Source of the DNA: Flavobacteriaceae bacterium
GTDB taxonomy: Bacteria; Bacteroidota; Bacteroidia; Flavobacteriales; Flavobacteriaceae
Length of the DNA stretch: 32,000 nt
Assembly (NCBI GenBank): GCA_965224465.1
Contig: OZ245049.1
Span: 2,160,001 to 2,192,000, forward strand
Reading direction: 5' to 3'
The notes beneath the pieces were generated by a model. That model had not been told where the DNA came from and ran no database searches. It saw nothing but the letters and a program-made list of their open reading frames with translations. Made by a program: the position numbers and the translations under genes. This document shows, piece by piece, positions 1 to 6,117 of this stretch; the stretch's first letter is position 1; every line of letters begins with the position of its first letter.

Positions 1-225
1 ATCTTCATCTAATTCAATATTTAAATAATTATACTTGTCTTTTGAAAAATAAATACTTTTAATGTTTATTTTTTTTTGAGGAGTATCTTCAGTTACTTCA
101 TAAATAGAAGCGTCAAAGCTTTCAATACTTGTCGCTGTTGGAAATCCAAAAATAGTTATCTTATTATTTAAATTAGCATTATTACAAGTTGTAATTGTTT
201 TTTTACAAGAAATTAAGGCAATAGC
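1..225 (-). pseudogene. Immunity-family lipoprotein gene of orphan cassette 1, main body; disrupted by IS21 and running off the window start
   Basis: The minus-strand frame is open from 219 down to 1 (ALISCKKTITTCNNANLNNKITIFGFPTATSIESFDASIYEVTEDTPQKKINIKSIYFSKDKYNYLNIELDED). It joins in frame to 2812..2777 (MKNYVIYISLAI) once the IS and one copy of the target duplication are removed. The joined product has a signal peptide with lipobox LISC. Confidence 0.7.
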
Positions 226-302
226 TGTTTATATTAACCCAAAAGTATACCACTATTTCAGTCGAAAAGTATACCAGTAAATTTAAATAAAAAAACTGGT
301 TT

Positions 303-346
303 CACAAGACATTAAAAAAAGGGTACCCTTTTTTTAATGTCTTGTG
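303..346 (-). terminator. Perfect 22-bp-arm palindrome centred on GGTACC, downstream of istB and inside the IS
   Basis: cacaagacattaaaaaaagggt / accctttttttaatgtcttgtg is a perfect inverted repeat. On the minus strand it is followed by AACCAGTTTTTTTATTT. Confidence 0.4.
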
Positions 347-376
347 AAGTTGAGTTTTGGATGTTTTTTTTCATTT

Positions 377-1146
377 TTAGTTTGTTTTTAGGGCATTCAT
401 TTCTTTGGTCTCTTTTAGGCGATAAGAGGCTCCATTCATATTTATTAAATGAGCCTTATGTGTGAGACGATCTACTAAAGCGGCAGTTAATATAGGGTCA
501 CCAAATATTTCTTCCCAATGATCAAAGCCTAAGTTAGTGGTTATAATCGTTGATTTTCGACCTGTTCTTAATGAAAGGTGATTAAAGAGTAGTTCTGCGC
601 CACTTCTGTCAAAAGAAACGTAGCCAAATTCGTCACATATCACCAAATCGTACTTTTCAAAACGGAGCTCTACTTGCCTTAATGTTCTGTTTGAGTGTGA
701 CTCCCTCAGTAAGGTTAACAAACGGTGTACTGTTATAAAAAGCACCTTATATCCTTGCATACAAGCTTTTAATCCAAGTCCTGTTGCTATGTGTGTTTTT
801 CCTGTTCCTGGATTCCCTGCTAGTATTATGTTTTGACCTGATTTTATAAAATCGGGCGTTCTAATATTGGAAGTTTGTCTTTTGCATCTATGGGTAGTTG
901 TTCTAAATTCAACTCATTTAAATACATTTTTGAAGGAAAACCAGCCTGTCGTATCTGGCTTTTTTTCCTGTTTTCTAACCTTCTTTCATATTCTCTTTCC
1001 ATTAATTGCAGTAAAAATTCTTCATAAGAAGCTCCTGTTTCAGTAGACTCAATGGCGAGTTGTTCAAAGTCTCTTCCAAATATTGGTAAACGAAGATTTT
1101 TACTGTATTGTGCTATTTGTATATGTGTGTTGCTTGTCGTTATCAT
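377..1146 (-). pseudogene. istB: IstB-like AAA+ ATPase helper of IS21, split into two ORFs (844-1146 and 377-760) by a frameshift near 853-856
   Basis: The frame of ORF 377-760 extends upstream as DFIKSGQNIILAGNPGTGKTHIATGLGLKACMQGYK (Walker A). The upstream ORF ends ...KLPILERPIL*. Adding one nucleotide after CGC CC restores LERPDFIKSGQN. This is either a real inactivating deletion or a sequencing error. Confidence 0.85.
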
Positions 1147-2687
1147 GATGATAGGTTTTGATTCATTAAACTGGTTAGTTCATATAAATGACTTTTTGCA
1201 AAATTGTAGGTTTGGTTTTTTGTAAACGCGATCACTTTTTCATCTTCGGTCTTATTCCCTAGTAATGCTTTTATTTTTTCCAAAGTAAGAGCTCCTGAGC
1301 TGCCTTTAGACAGGCGCTCTACAGTGGTTTCTAAATGCTCATTATCTATTTGATATTTCTTGCAAAAGATAAGTAACTCAATAAATTCTTTTGGTTTTTC
1401 TGTGAAAAATTGCACAAATATTTCTTTTAAATAGTCACTATTTAATAAAGCAACACTGTCACGGAGTGCTCCTGGTTTTCGCTTAAAAGTATCTAGATAA
1501 TGCTCAATATTAACAAGCCATTTATGCACTTCATAACTACGAAGATGATTAGCTACATGTTTGTTTACATGGTATATTTCTAATTTTAAACTGTATATTT
1601 TTACAGAAACAAATTCTCCTACTAAGCTGTCGGGTACTGAATATCGATTTTGTAAAAAACCAATCGTAGCGTATTTATCTACTCGATATTCCTTTGTATA
1701 ACAGCACTTAAGTGGATACGGTTGTTTGTGTAAAAAAGGCTTCTCTAAAGAGAAAAGCTCCATCGCTGTTTTTTTTGTAAGCTGTTGTTTCGTGTTATTT
1801 AAGGTGTTTAATGTTTCTAATAAATGAGACTGTGCAGACTCTATGGAGTCAAATTTAGTATCAAAACTAAAAGCTTTTCGCCTTATGTATTCGACACTTC
1901 TCTCCACATGTCCTTTTTCATTTCCTTTACGAACGTTGCAAAAACGATGTCTAAAATTATAATGCCCCTTTAAATCTAACAATGCTTGTGTAGGTTCTTT
2001 TTCCGTTCTTCCGATAAATTTAGCTACAGCTACACGCATATTATCATAAATCATTTCTTGATAAACACCCTCTACATGACTGTGAAAGTCAATATGAGAC
2101 TCCATAAATGCTAAGGTGTCTTGGCGATGATAAAGTACCGCATAGCGATAATTACTGTAAGCTGCTGTAAATACTGCCAATTGAAGCCTTACCAACTCGT
2201 TCCCTATATGGAGTTTAAGTTCTCCCCAGTCAAATTCACAACTACCTCCTGGAGTGTACGACTGACGAATAAAAGCTTCTTTAGAACTTAGTCCCTTTGT
2301 TTTTTTTCTAATATAGTTGCAAACAGTGGTGTATCCAATAGAAAAACCCTGCTGTTTAAGACGCTGATAAATATCTATCTTTTTTAATAACTGTTTCCGT
2401 AGGCCTAGTGATTTGTTTTCTTTGTTTTTTTCTAAAAGCAAATCAATAGCAACCTGTATTTCAGGTGTTAAACAAATTTTAGGACGCATTCCTACATGGT
2501 ACATTGGAGCAGACAACTTAGTAGTGTCTACCTGTGTGTTTTCCTTGTTTTCGGAAGCAACGTATTGATCAATGTATTTTTTGACCGTAGTTCTGCTAAT
2601 TCTTAAATCTTTGGAAATAAATCGCTGACTTTTACCTTCACGATAATATTGAAGTATTATTTCTTGTTTTGTATACATGCTAATCAT
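1143..2687 (-). CDS. istA: IS21-family transposase IstA (514 aa)
   Basis: There is an N-terminal HTH (KSQRFISKDLRISRTTVKKYI) and a DDE integrase-like core. The gene sits immediately upstream of istB and overlaps it, within an element bounded by inverted repeats. Confidence 0.9.
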   Translation of the reverse strand: MISMYTKQEIILQYYREGKSQRFISKDLRISRTTVKKYIDQYVASENKENTQVDTTKLSAPMYHVGMRPKICLTPEIQVAIDLLLEKNKENKSLGLRKQLLKKIDIYQRLKQQGFSIGYTTVCNYIRKKTKGLSSKEAFIRQSYTPGGSCEFDWGELKLHIGNELVRLQLAVFTAAYSNYRYAVLYHRQDTLAFMESHIDFHSHVEGVYQEMIYDNMRVAVAKFIGRTEKEPTQALLDLKGHYNFRHRFCNVRKGNEKGHVERSVEYIRRKAFSFDTKFDSIESAQSHLLETLNTLNNTKQQLTKKTAMELFSLEKPFLHKQPYPLKCCYTKEYRVDKYATIGFLQNRYSVPDSLVGEFVSVKIYSLKLEIYHVNKHVANHLRSYEVHKWLVNIEHYLDTFKRKPGALRDSVALLNSDYLKEIFVQFFTEKPKEFIELLIFCKKYQIDNEHLETTVERLSKGSSGALTLEKIKALLGNKTEDEKVIAFTKNQTYNFAKSHLYELTSLMNQNLSS

Positions 2688-2776
2688 ATTTAATCAATAT
2701 AAGAAACTTATATTGATATGGTTAAGTGGTATACTTTTCGGTTAATAGGTGGTATGGTTTTCGGTTAACATATACA

Positions 2777-2812
2777 AATAGCTAAAGAGATGTAAATGAC
2801 GTAGTTTTTCAT
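2777..2812 (-). pseudogene. 5-prime end (12 codons) of the IS21-disrupted immunity lipoprotein gene of cassette 1
   Basis: The ATG at 2812-2810 overlaps the TGA stop (2811-2809) of the upstream toxin-tail ORF as ATGA. It reads MKNYVIYISLAI and continues in frame at 219. Confidence 0.65.
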
Positions 2813-3147
2813 TTTTTAAATTTTAAATATCCATAGTAATTTGCAATGTATTGTTTTTTGCTGATTTTAATCTTTTCTGCTTCATCTAGATTATCATTTT
2901 TAAACTGCCCCCAAGTAACCACGTTAAATTCAATATCTGTAATTTCATCATAATCAGATTCAGATTCTTTATCGTTTAAAAGTTCTAATCCCCCTTCATA
3001 GACAACCCAATGATACTCGCCAAAATCACTTAATGAATAATTGGCTTCAGGTTTTTTATTTACCAAAGGCCAATTTATGGCAGAAGCATCTTGTCCTTTC
3101 TTACCTGTATAACCAAAATTACTTTCTTTACTACGAGTGGTAGCCAT
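2809..3147 (-). CDS. Orphan toxin tail 1 (112 aa): a 5-prime-truncated, internally deleted paralogue of the 405-aa toxin, lacking the catalytic-Cys region
   Basis: Positions 3066-3153 appear nucleotide-identical to 6555-6642 of the full-length gene (MATTRSKESNFGYTGKKGQDASAINWP). About 60 codons present in the other copies are missing. A divergent tail follows: ...DFGEYHWVVYEGGLELLND...NYYGYLKFKK. Confidence 0.7.
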   Translation of the reverse strand: MATTRSKESNFGYTGKKGQDASAINWPLVNKKPEANYSLSDFGEYHWVVYEGGLELLNDKESESDYDEITDIEFNVVTWGQFKNDNLDEAEKIKISKKQYIANYYGYLKFKK

Positions 3148-3153
3148 AGTAAT

Positions 3154-3305
3154 TTCAACTTTTTGAACAGTCGTATATCCCCATGAGAATTAGAATTGAT
3201 TTACACTTACAACTAGAAACGACCTAAAAATCTCGTACGTACAGCGGTGTGAGAGGCGCCTGCCAACTAATCTAGCTGGAGTCGTCTGCTCGACTACAAA
3301 ACGTT
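3154..3305 (-). repeat. 152-bp GC-enriched element, copy a (near-identical to 5495-5646); probable relic of toxin N-terminal coding sequence
   Basis: It differs from copy b at 3 positions by eye and fills exactly the gap between the immunity-2 stop and orphan tail 1. In the orphan's frame it reads RFVVEQTTPARLVGRRLSHRCTYEIFRSFLVVSVNQF*FSWGYTTVQKVEIT-MATT. Compare RKIVEQQIEERL...GGTSLCGMACLFYIF...HNGYTVE in the full-length gene. Confidence 0.6.
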
Positions 3306-3310
3306 TCGTT

Positions 3311-3796
3311 CTACTGATTTTCATTTTTCACAAAAGAAGCAACACCACCATTTTGAAGATTATTATTCACTTTCAATTCATAAAAATCACATCCCCAGTT
3401 TTTTGATAACATTGCAAAATGTGGCCTGACAATGTATTTAAAGCCTGACAAAAAGTATTTTTCATTATTCTTAAAATTCAAAACAACAGTGTCATTTAAA
3501 CTAATTTTTTGGATAATACTTGAAGCTCGCTGGTTTCTTGAGCTATCTATCATTTTTTCAGGAACTACAATAGTAAATGTTTTTTTTTGAGTCCCTCTTA
3601 TTTCTACATCAATTCTAGATATTTCTTCATATTTGTAGTTAAAAAAATAAAGTTCAATTCCTTCTATCGACTTTTTGTTTTCACATTCATTTTTTGCCTG
3701 TTCAAGCTTGTACTCTTCATCTTTTTTTGTTTGACAACTAATAAATATGAACAAAAAACAGAAAAGGGAAATTTTATTTAAATTTAATATATCCAT
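3311..3796 (-). CDS. Immunity-family lipoprotein of orphan cassette 2 (161 aa)
   Basis: It has a signal peptide plus lipobox (LFIFISC). Its start overlaps the last 23 nt of orphan tail 2. It is distantly similar to the other three downstream lipoproteins (shared ...Y.L...F... and LKVNNN-type motifs). Confidence 0.7.
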   Translation of the reverse strand: MDILNLNKISLFCFLFIFISCQTKKDEEYKLEQAKNECENKKSIEGIELYFFNYKYEEISRIDVEIRGTQKKTFTIVVPEKMIDSSRNQRASSIIQKISLNDTVVLNFKNNEKYFLSGFKYIVRPHFAMLSKNWGCDFYELKVNNNLQNGGVASFVKNENQ

Positions 3797-4349
3797 AATA
3801 ATTGTTTCTATATGCTTTTTTACTTATTCCTTTGCTAGTTCTAGAATTAATAATAAGCTCTCCCCAAGTAAAACATTTGAATTTTATAATTTTCACTTCA
3901 TCATAATCAGATTCAGTTTTCTTTTCTGAATTTAAAAGATCAAGTCCTCCCTCATAAGTTACCCAATGATACTCACCAAAGTCTGTTATGTCATAATCAG
4001 ATTTATTACTCATCATATCCGCATCAATCATCATACATATTTCATATCCGTTTTGATAATCTTTATCAATATCTTTTTCTAAAATTCTAATTTTTTCATC
4101 AGACCCAAAAAAATCTCTTATGTATGACTTATTAACCTTATAATAATCCATTTCTACGGTACTATATCCTAAGAGTTTCTTTCCTAAACTAGTCATTAAC
4201 CAAGGCCAATTTATGGCAGAAGCATCTTGTCCTTTCTTACCTGTATAACCAAAATTACTTTCTTTACTACGAGTGGTAGCCATAGTAATCCAGTCAACTT
4301 CAGGTATCCAAGGATGTTCTTTGGAAGTTTCCGGATCTGTATTATACAT
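3774..4349 (-). CDS. Orphan toxin tail 2 (191 aa): 5-prime-truncated paralogue of the 405-aa toxin
   Basis: Positions 3952-4373 match 6305-6726 of the full-length gene, a 422-bp block that looks identical and extends 24 nt upstream of the listed ATG. The first 133 aa are identical, after which the tail diverges (GLDLLNSEKKTESDYDEVKIIKFKCFTWGELIINSRTSKG...NYYGYIKFK). An in-frame stop lies 2 codons upstream of the homology breakpoint. Confidence 0.75.
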   Translation of the reverse strand: MYNTDPETSKEHPWIPEVDWITMATTRSKESNFGYTGKKGQDASAINWPWLMTSLGKKLLGYSTVEMDYYKVNKSYIRDFFGSDEKIRILEKDIDKDYQNGYEICMMIDADMMSNKSDYDITDFGEYHWVTYEGGLDLLNSEKKTESDYDEVKIIKFKCFTWGELIINSRTSKGISKKAYRNNYYGYIKFK

Positions 4350-4491
4350 TTCTTCTTTCGCATCTTTATCAGGTCGTTAGCGATGGAGGTTATTCGTACA
4401 ACAGCGGAAAAAACTTTGGCTTAAGTACTAAAACCCGTATTTTCTATAACTTCCTGTTCTAAACCGTTTTCTTTTTTTATAGAGAGTATTC

Positions 4492-4992
4492 TTATTTTAA
4501 GGGAATACCAAAATTTTTACTAAGCTTTAATGTTCCTCCAATCTCATTAATATAACTACTATTTACTTTTATACTATCTACTTCACAAAGTATTTTCGTT
4601 TTAAACATCATCTTCCTAGAAAATTGTTTAAAAGTATAATCACTAATCATATATTTTGTCTCTTGATTAGTGACTAATATATAATTATGCTCTGTATTTA
4701 GCTCTATTATATCAAAACCTATTTCAACGGGAGCATATTTATCTGTTTTATATTTATTTGAAATATACCTAGGTTTAATACTGTCTATTCTTCTTTTAAA
4801 GCTATTACTTTTAAAAACTAAGAGATAGGCACTTTCTATTATTGGATCGTCTTCTTGAAAATCATAGATATCAATAAACGGTTTTAGCTCCAAATAATTG
4901 CAGTTTTTATCTTTATCATCTGTACATGAAACAAGAAAAAAAGATAAGGAAAACACTAAAAGTATTTTTTTATTTAAATTTAAGGTATCCAT
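4492..4992 (-). CDS. Immunity-family lipoprotein of orphan cassette 3 (166 aa)
   Basis: It has a signal peptide plus lipobox (FFLVSC). Its start (MDTLNLNK) overlaps the last 23 nt of orphan tail 3. Confidence 0.7.
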   Translation of the reverse strand: MDTLNLNKKILLVFSLSFFLVSCTDDKDKNCNYLELKPFIDIYDFQEDDPIIESAYLLVFKSNSFKRRIDSIKPRYISNKYKTDKYAPVEIGFDIIELNTEHNYILVTNQETKYMISDYTFKQFSRKMMFKTKILCEVDSIKVNSSYINEIGGTLKLSKNFGIPLK

Positions 4993-5488
4993 AATAGTTC
5001 GCTATAAATTGGTCTTTGGTAATTTTTATTTTATTATCATTTTTATCACATCTTAATTTACCCCAAGTGGCTACATTAAAATTAATATTAGTCACCTTAT
5101 CATAATCTGTTTCAAGTTTACCATCTTTGTTTAAAATTTCTACCCCCCCTTCATAGACAACCCAATGATACTCGCCAAAATCATCTAAGGAATAATTAGC
5201 GTCAGGTTTTTTATCTACCATACTTCCATCAATCATCATACATATTTCATATCCGTTTTGATAATCTTTATCAATATCTTTTTCTAAAATTCTAATTTTT
5301 TCATCAGACCCAAAAAAATCTCTTATGTATGACTTATTAACCTTATAATAATCCATTTCTACGGTACTATATCCTAAGAGTTTCTTTCCTAAACTAGTCA
5401 TTAACCAAGGCCAATTTATGGCAGAAGCATCTTGTCCTTTCTTACCTGTATAACCGAAATTACTTTCTTTACTACGAGTGGTAGCCAT
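4970..5488 (-). CDS. Orphan toxin tail 3 (172 aa): 5-prime-truncated paralogue of the 405-aa toxin
   Basis: Positions 5227-5494 match 6375-6642 of the full-length gene (268 bp, one mismatch noticed). After ...GYEICMMID it switches to a variant segment (GSMVDKKPDANYSLDDFGEYHWVVYEGG) shared with orphan 1, followed by a unique tail. Confidence 0.75.
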   Translation of the reverse strand: MATTRSKESNFGYTGKKGQDASAINWPWLMTSLGKKLLGYSTVEMDYYKVNKSYIRDFFGSDEKIRILEKDIDKDYQNGYEICMMIDGSMVDKKPDANYSLDDFGEYHWVVYEGGVEILNKDGKLETDYDKVTNINFNVATWGKLRCDKNDNKIKITKDQFIANYYGYLKFK

Positions 5489-5494
5489 AGTAAT

Positions 5495-5646
5495 TTCAAC
5501 TTTTGGAACAGTCGTATATCCCCATGAGAATTAGAAATGATTTACACTTACAACTAGAAACGACCTAAAGATCTCGTACGTACAGCGGTGTGAGAGGCGC
5601 CTGCCAACTAATCTAGCTGGAGTCGTCTGCTCGACTACAAAACGTT
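5495..5646 (-). repeat. 152-bp GC-enriched element, copy b (see 3154-3305)
   Basis: It is near-identical to copy a and sits between the stop of the cognate immunity gene (5649) and orphan tail 3. Confidence 0.6.
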
Positions 5647-5648
5647 AT

Positions 5649-6116
5649 TTATTTTTCTTTACCTAAAGTTTTATCAAATTGTAAGTGATTATTTTTTTGA
5701 TTTATAACATTATTATTCACCTTATATTTTTTTAATAAACAATATTTTTGAATTGTGATAGCTGTTCCTCGATTAACATTATCAATTTCAAAATCTGATA
5801 TTTCAAAGACTAAAGAATCATTTAAAATTAGTTTGTAATTATTTTTTGTTTTTAAAATACCTGAAGTTCGTAGACGTAATTCGTCTCCATTATTAACTGA
5901 ATATGGGTTTATTATGTCTTTTAAAAAATATGAATTTAATTCAGTTTTTTTTTCGTTTTTAGAATATTCATAAATCACAGCTTTTTTAATTGTTGGATCG
6001 TTTTTATCCCATCCATAAATAAATATATCAGAGTTTAGTATTAAGAAATTTCCACATTGTTGATCAAAGTTACAAGCAAGTAAGGTTAAAAAAAATAAAA
6101 AATTAACTTTTTTCAT
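5649..6116 (-). CDS. Lipoprotein, putative cognate immunity of the full-length toxin (155 aa)
   Basis: It has a signal peptide plus lipobox (TLLAC). It starts 1 nt after the toxin stop and belongs to the same loose family as the three orphan-linked lipoproteins. Confidence 0.7.
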   Translation of the reverse strand: MKKVNFLFFLTLLACNFDQQCGNFLILNSDIFIYGWDKNDPTIKKAVIYEYSKNEKKTELNSYFLKDIINPYSVNNGDELRLRTSGILKTKNNYKLILNDSLVFEISDFEIDNVNRGTAITIQKYCLLKKYKVNNNVINQKNNHLQFDKTLGKEK

Positions 6117-6117
6117 G

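Larger units (their letters stand above)
226..2776 (-). mobile_element. IS21-family insertion sequence, 2551 bp, with 6-bp target site duplication AATAGC (220-225 and 2777-2782)
   Basis: The ends are TG...CA. Imperfect terminal inverted repeats (about 226-276 vs 2727-2776) each hold two reiterated CGAAAAGTATACCA-like motifs, as is typical of IS21. The istA and istB genes are arranged with an ATGA stop/start overlap. Confidence 0.9.

Noticed and set aside
844-860. The istB split as a programmed ribosomal frameshift
   Set aside because: IS21-family istB is normally a single ORF. No slippery heptamer or downstream structure is apparent at the junction. A single-base deletion or a sequencing error is the simpler explanation.
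3154-3305. The 152-bp GC-rich repeat as a tRNA, a group II intron domain V/VI fragment or a riboswitch
   Set aside because: No cloverleaf or acceptor/T-arm pattern could be drawn. The gtacgtacg string resembles part of intron domain V, but the required 34-nt hairpin with an AGC triad is absent and no GTGYG 5-prime end or RT ORF is nearby. The in-frame similarity to the toxin N-terminal region explains it better.
3587-3929. Plus-strand ORFs 3587-3781 and 3747-3929
   Set aside because: They are antisense to immunity gene 2 and orphan tail 2. Their F/I/K-rich low-complexity translations are typical of AT-rich antisense frames.
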